Source of the DNA: Malacoraja senta | Taxonomy: Eukaryota | Reading direction: 5' to 3' | Assembly: GCA_038087875.1 (NCBI GenBank) | Contig: CM075989.1 | Span: 4,774,001-4,838,000 of the forward strand | DNA length: 64,000 nucleotides | Part shown: positions 52,146 to 63,936 of the stretch, in pieces | How the letters are laid out: each line of letters starts with the position of its first letter | How positions within the stretch are numbered: position 1 is the stretch's first letter | The notes under the pieces: generated by a model | The model's database searches: none | The model's input: only the letters and a program-made list of their open reading frames with translations | Told to the model about the DNA's origin: nothing | Made by a program: the position numbers and the translations under genes

Positions 52146-52519
52146 CATCAGAAATTAAAACTGTTCTCTTGAACACAGTTGGCTGCCTTTCAAAGTACGT
52201 GATTCAAGTCCGATGAAGGGTCTCGACCCTAAAAAAACATATATTCCTATTATCCAGATATGCCGCTTGACCCACTTAGGTACTCCAGCATTTTGTTTTT
52301 ATCTTGCATGATCCAATTCACTATTTGAGCATGCCTCAATGCTACAAAAAGACCAATCGTTGATTGAGACACAAGATGCCGGCATCTTGAGCAAAACACA
52401 AAGTGCTGTCGGAACTCAGAGTGTCGGGCAGCACCTGCGGTGGGATGAATGTGCACACGGGTTTTTGCCTGTCCAGACGCTGCCCGACCCGCTGAGACCC
52501 TCCTGCACTTGGGGTTGTG

Positions 52520-52870
52520 CAACCAATGATGGACCCATCCTTGGCCAATCTGATGCATCAATCAGCCAATCGCGGCTCTGGACCAATGGGATGGATTGGA
52601 TGTCCCGTACCATCCAATCAGCGCACGGTGCGCCTCGACATGGACCAATGAACGCCCAGCTTTCCATTGATTTTACCAATGAGCGCCCGGTGTACCGCAG
52701 CATTGACCAATGGGCAGTTAGCATGCTGCTGATTTGACCAATGAACGCACTGTGTACCTCGGCCTGGCCCAATCAGTCCATCAGCATGGCATTGATTTAA
52801 CCAATGAGCACACGGCAAGCTTGACCCTCGACCAACCAGCGCCTGGTAAGTCAGCGTTGCACCAGTGTCC
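52520..52870 (+). promoter_or_regulatory. Distal part of a 31-bp-phased CCAAT (NF-Y-type) box array upstream of TICRR
   Basis: CCAAT at 52583, 52614, 52645, 52676, 52707, 52738, 52769, 52801; CCAAC at 52832; extra unphased CCAAT at 52523, 52545, 52566. Confidence 0.75.
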
Positions 52871-52871
52871 C

Positions 52872-53723
52872 CATCCCCCCACTCACAACAAAGGCAGAGT
52901 CCCCCTAGTCCTCACCTTTCACCCCACCAGCCGTCACATACAACAAGTGATCCTCCGTCAGTTCCGCCACCTCCAACGTGACCCCACCACTCGCCACATC
53001 TTCCCATCTCCCCCTATGTCTGCCTGCCGCAAAGACCGCTCCCTCCGTAACTCCCTTGTCAATTCTTCCCTTCCCTCCCATACCACCCCCTCCCCTGGTA
53101 CTTTCCCTTGCAACCGCAAGAGATGCAACACTTGTCCCTTCACTTCCCCCCTCCACTCCATTCCAGGACCCAAGCAGTCGTTCCAGGTGCGACAGAGGTT
53201 CACCTGCATCTCCTCCAACCTCATCTATTGCATTCGCTGCTCTAGATGCCAGCTGATCTACATCGGTGAGACCAAGCGGAGGCTTGGCGATCGTTTCGCC
53301 GAACACCTCCGGTCGGTCCGCAATAACCAACCTGAACTCCCGGTGGCTCAGCACTTCAACTCCCCCTCCCATTCCGTATCTGACCTCTCTGTCCTGGGTC
53401 TCCTCCATGGCCACAGCGAGCAACACCGTAAATTGGAGGAAATGCACCTCATATTCCGCTTGGGCAGTCTACATCCTGGGGGCCTGAACATTGAATTCTC
53501 CCAATTCTGCTAGCCCTTGCTGTCCCCTCCCCTTCATCAGCCCTCTGGTTGTCTCCTCCCCTCCCCCAGCCCTCGGGCTCCTCCTCCGCCTTTTTCCTTT
53601 TTTCCTTTCTTCTCCCCACCCCCTATCAGTCTGAAGAAGGGTTTCGGCCCGAAACGTTACCTATTTCCTTCGCTCCATAGATGCTGCTGCACCCGCTGAG
53701 TTTCTCCAGCATTTTTGTGTACC
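52872..53723 (+). mobile_element. Young 5'-truncated Penelope-like element (GIY-YIG endonuclease plus terminal repeat)
   Basis: Open frame RVPLVLTFHP...CNRKRCNTC...FTCISSNLIYCIRCSRCQLIYIGETKRRLGDRFAEH...GLNIEF; perfect 15-bp TSD ttgcaccagtgtccc (52857-71, 53724-38). Confidence 0.95.
53626..53665 (+). ncRNA. Minimal type I hammerhead ribozyme-like core in the Penelope terminus
   Basis: CTGAAGA (53631-37), stem II GGG-tttcgg-CCC, then GAAACGTT (53651-58) with a palindromic AACGTT helix III. Confidence 0.6.
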
Positions 53724-53738
53724 TTGCACCAGTGTCCC

Positions 53739-53994
53739 TCGGTATCGACCAATCACCGCGCTGGGAGTCTGGGCCTGGACCTATGGGCGCTCGGTGTCCC
53801 TCGGACTGGGCCAATCAGCGCTGGGCAGGCATGAGCCGCGACCAATGGGCGATCGGTGTCTGCCAGCATCGACCAATGGGCACGGAGGAAGGGAAAAGGC
53901 GCCAAGAGCGGTTTTGAGGGAGACGCTGACGGCGACGATGATAATGGCGGCGACGACGAGCGAGTGAAGCGTCCAGCGCCGCACCGGCCGCGCC
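53739..53994 (+). promoter_or_regulatory. Proximal TICRR promoter / CpG island: phased CCAAT boxes and E2F-like site
   Basis: CCAAT 53749, CCTAT 53780, CCAAT 53811, 53842, 53873 (all 31 bp apart); GGCGCCAA at 53898-905; CpG-rich through exon 1; gccATGG Kozak context. Confidence 0.8.
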
Positions 53995-54594
53995 ATGGGC
54001 TGGCACAACGTGGCGCTGCTTGTGGACGTGGCGGGCGGGGATGGTGCCGGTGTCGGGGCGCGGCGGGCGGCGCTGCGGCTGCTGCTCCACTCGGCCCGCG
54101 GCGCCGGCTTCCCCGCGCTGCGCTGGGCCTTTAAACCCTTCAACACGGCGGCGATGAGGGGCTGCTCGTTCCGGGGCCGCGCGTTCCGGGAGCTGCGGCT
54201 GGAGCAGCTGCGGGAGCTGGAGGATGCGCTGGAGCCGGAGATGGAGCCGGGCCGGGGGTCGAGCACCTCCACCGCCACCGCCGCCGCCACCCACACGGCG
54301 CTGGTCGAGGCCCTGTCCGACCTGCCCTGGGACCGGCCCGACATCACGTCCCCGGCCAAGGCCGCCCGCGGAGCCGCCGCCCACGCCCCGCTACCCCGGG
54401 CCCGCAACACCCTCTACCTCCTCGCCCCCTGCCCCATGTCCCGGGCCCAGCTCCGCGCCTTCCTACAGCTCCCCCCTTCCGCCGCCGACACCTGTCACCA
54501 AGTGGCCGAGAGGATCGTCCCGCCGCCTGTCCGCACCCTGCTGACAGCCCACAACATCGCCCTGCACTGGGTGGACACCCAGCCCCTACAGCAG
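53995..54594 (+). CDS. TICRR: Treslin (TOPBP1-interacting checkpoint and replication regulator), coding exon 1
   Basis: MGWHNVALLVDVA...RRAALRLL...WAFKPF...FREL...WDRPDITSPAK...LYLLAPCP...WVDT matches my recollection of the Treslin N-terminus; donor CAG|GTAAAC, phase 0. Confidence 0.93.
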
Positions 54595-56989
54595 GTAAAC
54601 CGCACACGCCCGTCTCTCAGCCCCCTCAATCTCTGCGACTATCCCAACGTTGGAGAAACAGTTAGACAGGTACATGGATAGTGTAGGAAGGAACTGCAGA
54701 TGCTGGTTTAAACCGTAGATAGACACAAAGTGCTGAAGTAACTCAGCGGGACAGGCAGCATCTCTGGGGAGAAGGAATGGGTGACGTTTCGTGGTCGAGA
54801 CCCTTCTTCAGACTGGCGTTTGTCCCATCAGGTACATGGATATAGGACAGGTTTGGAGGGATATGGACCAAACGAGGGCAGGTGGGACTAGTGTAGCTGG
54901 GACATGTTGGCCGGTGTTGGCAAGTTGGGCCGAAGGGCCTGTTTCCACACTTATCACTATGACTAACACATTTGTATACAAACTCATGAGAGGAATAGAT
55001 CGGATGGGCGCACAGAGTAGGGGTATCGAGGACCGGAGGTTTAAGATGAGGGGGGAAAGATTTAATGGTAACTTGAGGGGTTACTATTACACAAAGGGCG
55101 GTGGGTGAATGGAACGAGCTGCCATAGGAACTAGTTGAGGCAGGGGCTATTGCAACGGTTAAGAAACATTACAACTGGTGCATGGATAGGACAGGTTTGG
55201 CGGGATATGGGCCGAACGCAGGCAGGTGGGACAAGTGTAGCTGGGACATGTTGGTCGGTGTCGGCAAATTGGGTCGAAGGGCCTGTTTCCACTCTGTTTG
55301 ATACTGCTGCAGCAATTCAGCGGGTCAGGCAGCATCTGGAAATCATGGACAGGTGACAATTTGGGTCGGGAACCTTCTTCAGGCTGATTCTATCCATATT
55401 CTCCAGATATGCTGCGTGACCTGTTCAGGAACCGCAACACTTTGTCTCCATTTAAAAAAAAATCATCATCTGCAGTTACTTGTAAAAACAAAGATCTGCA
55501 GATGCTGATTTATACCGAAGATAGACACAAAGCGCTGGAGTAACTCAGCGGGTCAGTCAGCATCTCTGGAGAAAAGTAACAGGTGATGTTTTCAGTCGAG
55601 ATCCATCTAAACTCAACATCAACCTGTCAGGCTTTATGCGGCAATACCGTTAATCTTACTTTCAGCTGTACAAACGGTCTAATTGTTATAAAAACAGTGC
55701 TGTCGGAGCTCAAATAGTTCATTCACTTCACAGGTTTGGAGTACAGGTCCACCACCGGTCTTCTGGCAACTGGTGGTCCAGCACCTCCTTTAATCCAAAT
55801 ACAATTGCAATGTGGCGCATAGGCCGATCTTGACCTCATCAGGACTTCCACACTAATCGGCAGGTTGAACATTCCCCCTGCTGCCAGGGCCAGCAGATCC
55901 GTTCTCATAGCTGACTTACAGAGACCTGTATCTTAGTCCATAGACGGACTGTTCCAGAACCATTGGACTACTCTCAAAGGCTGTGACCTATGTCAGCCTG
56001 GCAAAATGCATAATTGAGAAAGGCTCTGGATGCCAAAAAATCGGTGGTGGACGTGATCATGTTCAGTTTTGGACACCCTGCTGTAGAAAGAATGCCCAAA
56101 AGATTTATGAGGATAGAGTCATAGAGTGATACAGTGTGGTAAAAGCATGCCCTTCAACCCAACATGTCCCAGCTACACTAGTCCCACCTGCCTGCGCTTG
56201 GTCCATATCCCTCCACCTTGTCCTATCCATTTACCTGTCTACCTGTTTCTTAAATGTTGGTACAGTCCCGGCCTCAACTACCTCCTCTGGCAGCTTGTTC
56301 CATGCACCCATCACCCTTTGTGTGAAAAAGTTACCCCTCAGATTCCTATCAAATCTTTTCCCATCCACCTTGGACCTATGTTCTCTTCTCCTTGATTCCC
56401 CTACTCTGGGCAAGGGATGTTGCCAGGACTTGAAAGTCTGAGCTATAGGAAAAGGTTGGGCAGGCTAGGACATTATTGCTTGGCTTCCAGGAGGATAATG
56501 AGTGATCTTATAGAGGTGTATAGGATCACGAGGGGGAAGAGTGGGTGAATGCAGTCTTTTACTCAGAGTAAACAAATCCAGGGGACATAGATTCAAGGTG
56601 AAATAGGAAAGATTGAGTAGGAAGCTGAGGGGCAACTTTGTCACACTGAGGGTGGTAGGTTTATGCCAGTATAGTTGAGGCAACTACTACAAATATACTT
56701 GAAAGACATTAGGTTAGGTGCATGGATAGCAAGGTTTTAGAGGGCCAAGTGCAGGTGGGCATGTGCAAGAAAGAACTGCAGGTGCTGGTTTGAACCGAAG
56801 ATAGACACAAAAGGCGTGGGAAACAGAAGAGCTGTGGGTTCTAAATATAGCTCTACCGGCTAGAGCGCTAAGGGCTTTAAACATAGAGCTATGGGCTTTA
56901 CACCTAGCTCTATGGCCACAGTGCTGTGGGTCACAGACTGTTCAGGAAAATTCTCGTATAACAATGTGTCTTTGGAATTCTCTTTCTCC

Positions 56990-57416
56990 TTTTGAGCCTT
57001 TGATTATTTTTCAGGCAGTGGTAGAATCCACTTTCCCGACTCTCCGCCGCCACTTTCCCGACTCCCTGCCGCCACTTTCCCGGCTCCCCGCCACCACTTT
57101 CCCGACTCCATTCTTGAGGACTCAATCAACACTTGTGGACTCTGCCTCTGGGGATTTATTCTCCAGTGGGTGCCAGAAGGGGCGTTACCTTCATGGTGAC
57201 TGACAGGCGAGAAGACCAATCTGCTGATCTCACGATTTTTTAAATCTTCATAACTGCTGTATAATTTCACCAATCGGAACAAAACTTGGTGGGTTGGAGT
57301 AGATGAGAACAGTGAGTAAGGTGGCAAAAAAAATCCTATTGAAAAAGGGTGCCATTTTCGTACAAATTAAAAAAATGCAAACCGGATGTGGTCAAGATGA
57401 GAGTTTTAGTTATAGT
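56990..57416 (-). mobile_element. Probable non-autonomous Helitron 5' part with ~22-bp minisatellite
   Basis: AT-rich start TACTATAACTAAAA on the minus strand; (ccactttcccgactc...)x4 at ~57028-57110. Confidence 0.4.
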
Positions 57417-57417
57417 A

Positions 57418-58135
57418 CTAGACTAAGTGGGACACGTTGGTTCCCATGTTCACACGGGAGGGCTGGTCCCCGAACGCAATATTCCACCTCTCCACCAATT
57501 CCAATATTGGGGGGTGTGGGGGCTTTCTAGAGGGCTGGTATGGGTGTTGTAGGCCGAAGGGACTGGTTTCCAGAGGCTAGTATGGACATTGTGGGCCGAA
57601 TGGATTCTTGGGCTGGCAGCTCAGGCTTGGTAGGCTGGCAGCTCAGTCACTCAGACCTGGTGGGCTGGCAGCTCAGTCACAGGCCTGGTGGGCTGGCAGC
57701 TCAGTCACTCAGACCTGGTGGGCTGGCAGCTTAGTCACTCAGACCTGGTGGGCTGGTAGCTCAGGCACTCGGGGCTGGTGGGTTGGCAGCTCGATTACTC
57801 AGGGCTGGTGGGCTGGCAGATCAGTCACTCAGGGCTGATGAGCTGGCAGTTCACTCACGGCTATTCCTTGAAATTCCATTTCAAGCAGAGTGCAGGCCAC
57901 CAAATTCAATTTCATAGCATTTCAAGCAGAGTGCAGGCCACCAAATTGCCAAACAACTCATTACATTGTCATTAAGGGCTAACAAATCATTTATTGCAAG
58001 TACTTTGCAGACTCGCAGTTCAGTTTATTCACAGCTTAGAATCACATTGTGGCCTCTCCATCGTGATCTTCCAGAGTGACTGACTCGCGTCCAGGCATCC
58101 GGGGTTTTATAATCCTGCCTTGCAGGATTATAAAA
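57418..58135 (-). mobile_element. Probable Helitron 3' end with internal minisatellite
   Basis: Minus strand reads imperfect hairpin GGGAACCAACGTGTCCC, 7 nt, then CTAG|T; ~30-bp repeats ggtgggctggcagctcagtcactcagacct at 57610-57860. Confidence 0.55.
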
Positions 58136-58139
58136 ATTC

Positions 58140-59265
58140 CAGAAGATTAGTCAAGCCTGATTTCCCCTTCATAAATTCGTGCTGACTTTGACTGATCCTG
58201 TCACTGCTTTACAAATGCGCTGCTATAACATCTTTAACAATTAACCTGAGCGTCTTCCCCACTACCGTTGTAAGGTTAACTGGTCTATAATTCCCCGTTT
58301 TCTCTCTACCTCCTTTCTTAAAATGTGGTGTTACATTGGCTATCCTCCAGTCCACAGGAACTGATCCAGAGTCAAGAGAACATTGGAAAATGATCACCAA
58401 TGCATCCATGATGTCTAGGGCCACCTCCTTGAGTACTCTGGGATGCAGACCATCAGGCCCTGGGGATTTATCTGCCTTCAGTCCCACAGTTTACCTAACA
58501 CCATTTCCTGACTATTGTGGACTTCCTTCAGTTCCTCCCTCCCACTAGATCCTCGGTCCCCTTGTATTTCTGAGAGATTGTTTGTGTCTTCCTTGGTGAA
58601 GACAGAACAAAAGTACATGTTTAACTGTTTTACCATTTCTTTATTTACCATTATAATTTCACCTGTCTCTGATTGCAAGGGACCTACATTTGTCTTCACT
58701 AATCTTTTCCTTTTTACATATCTAAAGAAGTTTTTGGTCAGCTTTTATATTACCCACAAGCTTTCATGCTCTTTTTCCCCCCCTCTTGATTCCCCCCTTT
58801 GTCCACCTCTGTTGTCCACCTCTACCAGTCCTCCTGTTTGCTGCTTCCTCTGGCCAATTTATATGCCTTTTCCTTGGATTTAACAGTATCCTTGATTTCC
58901 CTCGTTAGCCACAGTTGAGGCACCTTTCCTGTTTTATTTTTTAGCCAGCCAGGGATGAACAATTTTTGGAGTACATCCATGCAGTCATAACATTTTTGCC
59001 ATTGCATCTCTACTGTCAACACTTTAAGTATAACTTGCCAGTCTCTCCTAGCCAATTCCCATCTCAAAATCTCTTTTCTTTAAGTTCAGGATCCTGAATT
59101 AACTGTCACTTTCCATCCTAATGCAGAATTTCACCATATTGAGGTCACTGTTGCCCATGGGGCATTGCACAACAAGATCGCTAACTAATCCTTCCTCATT
59201 GTCATTACACAATACCCAGTCTGGGATGGCCTGTCCTCTAGTCGGTTCTTCTACATATTGGTTTA
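58140..59265 (-). mobile_element. CR1 LINE internal fragment in TICRR intron 1
   Basis: KSPGPDGLHPRVLKE, NYRPVNLT; homologous to 2200-3360. Confidence 0.88.
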
Positions 59266-60427
59266 AGCCATATTGTGGAAGCCATATGAAACTGGTGGAT
59301 GTGTAGAATCACCCAAACAATCCACTAACTTGTGTTACTAAACCCCACCATGATGAACTTCTTCTACGTTTCATTGATCACCTTCGGATCTCCAGAACTG
59401 GAGTGGCAGAAAGTCGTACTTGATCCATAGGGACCATCCAAGAAGATGAAACTACCTTAGCTCCTGACTGACTTCATCATTTTTGAAGTAATACTCATTC
59501 GCTCTCTGATCTTGTGCTTTCTTTGTGAAGCTTCCAATAATGCACTGAAAGAATGGTTAAGGTAGAATCCTCATTACATGTAAAAAAAAAAAAAATCCTT
59601 CATATTAGTTTTGTCCAACTCATCCCAAACCTCAGGAATGCATTAAATTATAGATTTGAATGAAGTAATTGTGTAAGGGGCTGTTAAATCCAGCCTTCCT
59701 AACTTGCCAGGCTTCGTCCCGAGCCTACCTTTTTTCAACTTTCTCTCCCCTACTACGATCAATCTGAAGAAGGGTCCTGACCCAAAACATCACCTATCCA
59801 TGTCAACCAGAGGTACTGTGTGACGTGCTGAGTTACTCTATTTTTTTGTAAACCAACATCTATAGTTTATTTTGTGCAATACTATCTTTTACTTTGAGTG
59901 AAAGACACAAGTGCTGTTTTAAAATAAAATTCTAGCACAGTTATATATGGCTATGCATTGAATGGAGAAGATCTAATGGCACTATTCCAAAGATAATTTG
60001 AGGCGGAGGGTGGAAGTATAGCTGGTATTCCGGGGGACAAATTTTTATCTATGCTTCGTTGTCACCTTCTAGCTAGCAATGATCTATTCTAAATTTTCCT
60101 GTGGCTGCATCACTTTTGATGCCTTGTTTTCACACCTTGCCCTGTCTTATCTCTGTCTCCCTCTCCCCTGACTAATTCTGAAGAAGGGTCTTGACCATAA
60201 ATGTCAGGCATTCCTTCTGACCAGACTGCCTGTCCCACTGAGTTACTCCAGCATTTTGTGTTTATGGTGTAAACCAGCATCTGCAGTTCCTTCCCACACA
60301 ATGCAAATAGATTATCTGATGGGTATTTTATTATTTTTGGAACTTGCTGTGCGCATTTGAATGTTTGTTGAAAGCTTGGTTTTATACAGATATTCTCAGC
60401 TGTTATTTTTGTTTACTCTCCATCTAG

Positions 60428-60740
60428 TTCAATGGAACTCATGATCATATTGGCTATCAGTTCATTTCGGAGGTGATGCGAATGGTTGGTGGAAGCTTAA
60501 TTCCGTTTGCTGCTTTAATGGAACTTTCACTTAAAGATTGTCATTTACCTCTGGAGAAAACTTCACTGGATTCCCAAGTTGACCAGAAGACTGAAATGAA
60601 AGCAAAGGGATGTGTAAAGAAATTGAAAACAGTGGATGCTTTATTTCCATTTGATTGCAACATGAATTACCTTGTAAGTGTGGACAGTTTCTATCGAAAT
60701 ACATTTCCGCTTCAGCATGGATTACTGACGATCCCACATG
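60428..60740 (+). CDS. TICRR: Treslin coding exon 2
   Basis: Acceptor ctctccatctAG|; FNGTHDHIGYQFISEVMRMVGGSLIPF...; donor CATG|GTAATT; phases 0/1. Confidence 0.85.
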
Positions 60741-62172
60741 GTAATTATGACCATTTTGTGGATTTGAGTGTGTGTATTCTTACGTTGTTGTTTTACGTTG
60801 GCATTTTAAAAGAAGATTTTGCTTGTTAATTCTGTCCTTTCTTTCTTGCAGTCTTATATTATTAAGCCATTTAATTGTTTGGTTGCAATCAAAGCTAAAC
60901 AATTCCTTGTTAGACCATACATGCAGTAAAAATCCAGTAGGCAATCAGCCTGATTATGGTTAATAACTGAAAGTGTAAGGAGGGTGGAATCAATAGTTGT
61001 TGTCATAGAGTCATACAGCGTCCTCGCAGCCCAACTTGCCCACACCAACCAATCTACACCAGTCCTACCTGCCATCGTTTGGCCCATATCCCTCCAAACC
61101 TGTCCTGGACATGTACCTGTCTAATGTATTCTTAAACATTGCAATAGTCCCAGCCTCAACTACCTCCTCTAGCAGCTCGTTCCATACACCCACCACCCTT
61201 TGTGTGGAAAAAGTTACCCCTCAGATTCCTATTAAATCTTTTCCCTTCACCTCAAATCTATGGTTCTCGATTTCCCCTACTCTGGGCAAGAGACTCTGTG
61301 TCTACCCAATCTATTCCCCTCATGATTTTATACACCTCCATAAGATCACCAGCAGACACAAAATGCTGGAGTAACTCAGCGGGTCAGACAGCATCTCTGG
61401 AGAGAAGGAATGGGTGACGTTTTGGGTCGAGACCCTTCTTCAGACCTATGAGATCACCCCTCATTCTCCTGCATTCCAAGGAATAGAGTCCTAGTCTGCT
61501 TAACCTCTCCCTATAACTTGGACCCTCAGGTCCTGCAGCATCCTCGTAAATCTTCTCTGTACCCTTTCAAACTTGACAACATCTTTCCTGTAACATGGTG
61601 CCCAGAACTGAACATAATACGGCCTCGCCAATATCTTATTAGTTCGTACAAGTTAGTAGTGTTTAGTAGTAGCAGCATGTAATTTTCAAGGGTGCTTGAT
61701 AAGGTACCATGTGTCCTATTTTTTTCTAATGTTACTTGGGCCATTTGACCTATTGTCCATTCAGGTGAAAAGAATGACCCGTCTGTTTTCATCTTCCAGC
61801 ATTGCTCTGCAAATCATGCCCATTACAGTATAAAAACAGCCTCCACTTTCCATACCACCTCTCCCACCATCAAAAGCAGCACTGAAAACCTGGATGAAAA
61901 ATATCTTCATCAAACTCAATTCTCTCTGCCATTCTCTCTCCCAAATGCATGCTCTGGTTCCAGCCCCTTTTGCTTCCAGAGCAGATCAATAGATTTAGTC
62001 TCATTGCAGTCCGTATCGCGCCTTGTATCTATAATGCTGAGCTCATCTATGGAAATTACTTCCAAATAATTTGTTGGATCTGTTTTTAAATAGATGTTAA
62101 GTTCTTCCAGTGGAGATTTCACTTTATTTTATTGAATGGTGATTAGATATGAACTTGTCTGTTTGTGAACAG

Positions 62173-62408
62173 GAGAACAAAAGGTTTGCTGTCCTATCAT
62201 CCTGGAACCAATTTCTTGTACTCAGAAATACCTGACCGATTCAATCAACATTATTGTAAAAGGCGTTATGTCGAACTGGGATCCAAAAAGGAGAGACCTA
62301 TTGCCTACATGTTCTTGGGTCTTGCAGCCAGCTGAACAGAAGGACACTAAAGATAACTGTTTCCTTCAACGACTTTTGCTAGAAATGGCATGCAATGAGT
62401 TGCATCTG
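62173..62408 (+). CDS. TICRR: Treslin coding exon 3
   Basis: Acceptor aacAG|; EQKVCCPIILEPI...IIVKGVMSNW...SWVLQ...ELHL; donor CTG|GTGTGT; phases 1/0. Confidence 0.85.
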
Positions 62409-62637
62409 GTGTGTACTATTAATAAACATTAATTTGAAGGCTGTTTATAACTTTTTCCGATTAATAACATAATTCCCATATGCTGAACTGATGTCATGGG
62501 AGATAAAATATATTTGCAACTCTTTTGATCTTCAACTCTTTTGGATAACATTAGTTAAATCAAAGATTAATTCTTGGAAAAATTGATTGGAAAAAATATT
62601 TAAGAACAAATGATGAGATTAATTTTTTTTTTTTCAG

Positions 62638-62875
62638 GTTGCTGATGTAGGGATGAATGATTGCCTGCCACCGTGTACAGGAGTACTGTCTCCCTTGCTT
62701 TGTAATACTGCCATGTTCACAGTAATTTGGCAACAAACACAAGAATTTGAGGAGCTTCTCTTTCAGGCAGGGATTGCAGAAAAGATAGATGGTGTATCCT
62801 CTGAAGTCTCTGATATTGTGGACAAAGCACTGAGCGTCATCTCCGACATCCCTGAAGAATGTCTAACCTGTTCAG
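62638..62875 (+). CDS. TICRR: Treslin coding exon 4
   Basis: PolyT-CAG acceptor; VADVGMNDCLPPCTGVLSPLLCNTAMFTV...; donor CAG|GTAACT; phases 0/1. Confidence 0.88.
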
Positions 62876-63936
62876 GTAACTAAAATGAGCAGTAATTTTA
62901 TAAATTTGGTGACCATTAAGATCCCTTTGATCTGTCTGACCATATAATTCCTGAGTTTGAACATTCCTTTTGAATACAGAATAAAGTTTTATTAAATAGC
63001 CTGAGCGAAGATAAGGTTTTGATTTTGTGGATGAAAATTATCTGTAAAGTTAATTTACCTAATGAGACTACTGTTGAAAAAATTACTATAGGGAGAAAAC
63101 ACAACTTTCTTGATGTTAAGAAGTGGGGAGTTCTTGCAATGGATTGCTGAATTACTGTTATCTTGCAATAGAGATCTTGGAAATGAAGGAAATCGATTTT
63201 GAACAAATATTTAATTCCCATTTCAGTTGCCTATTTCATTTTGTGAAATCAGCTTTGAAATCAAGAGTTGACGGTGCTGCATGAATTTTTGATACAAATT
63301 TGACTAAAAGCGTAACAATTTGGCACGCCTATATGCTGCTGCGTTTCTCTAGAATGTGCTCCAGTAGAGGTGAAAACACTCAGTAAACTATTTGAAAATA
63401 AAAACTCCAAGAAATGCAGTCATTGAAATAAAAATTATTAATTCATCAATTGATAAACCAACCAAAAACAGGTTGGTGTATGATGTATTGTGATGTAGAT
63501 AATTTTTCTCGTGTCTCAAATTTTAGCAAATTAAATCTGTATAAACTAGGATCAAACATACAAATTGAACACACGATGGCTCTCGAAGCATCTGTGACTA
63601 ATTAAGCATGATATACTTTAACATTTGAATGTAGGAAAGAATATTATTGCAGTCCATTTAGCTGGTTCCAAAAAAATTACCCAGCTTCTCATTAATGCTC
63701 GGCACTCATTTGAACTTTTCAGCACCATTTATGTATGCTATCCCACTTGAATAATTCATCATGTATTTACTGCCCACTTGAATCATGTTATTTGGAGTGT
63801 GATTTATCTACTGTTTTAATTTTTTAATATTTAAATATTACCATCTCTTCAACGGGGTGCTTGGTTTTCAGCACTCTAGCTTTGTCTTAAAATATAAACC
63901 AAAAAAATTAAATGTGATTTTCTTTTCGTCTGGAAG

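Noticed and set aside
1..52500. miR-9 hairpin expected from mammalian synteny
   Set aside because: I did not see the mature sequence TCTTTGGTTATCTAGCTGTATGA on either strand (by-eye search only).
52583..53880. CRISPR-like appearance (short repeat with variable spacers)
   Set aside because: Eukaryotic DNA, constant core of only ~5-9 bp, no cas genes; better explained as phased CCAAT boxes.
53781..54607. Long antisense ORFs over TICRR exon 1, and similar ones at 21072-21874
   Set aside because: By-products of very high GC content; no recognisable protein.
54595..54681. Extension of the 228-aa ORF beyond codon 200
   Set aside because: Read-through into intron 1; Treslin similarity stops at the CAG|GTAAAC donor and resumes in frame at 60428.
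55815..55850. Minus-strand CTGATGAGGTC... hammerhead-like start
   Set aside because: No GAAA or cleavage triplet follows the putative stem II.
59300..59560. Minus-strand FLDGPYGSS, resembling an NADPH-oxidase motif
   Set aside because: Flanked by stops with no further similarity; probably chance or a decayed repeat.
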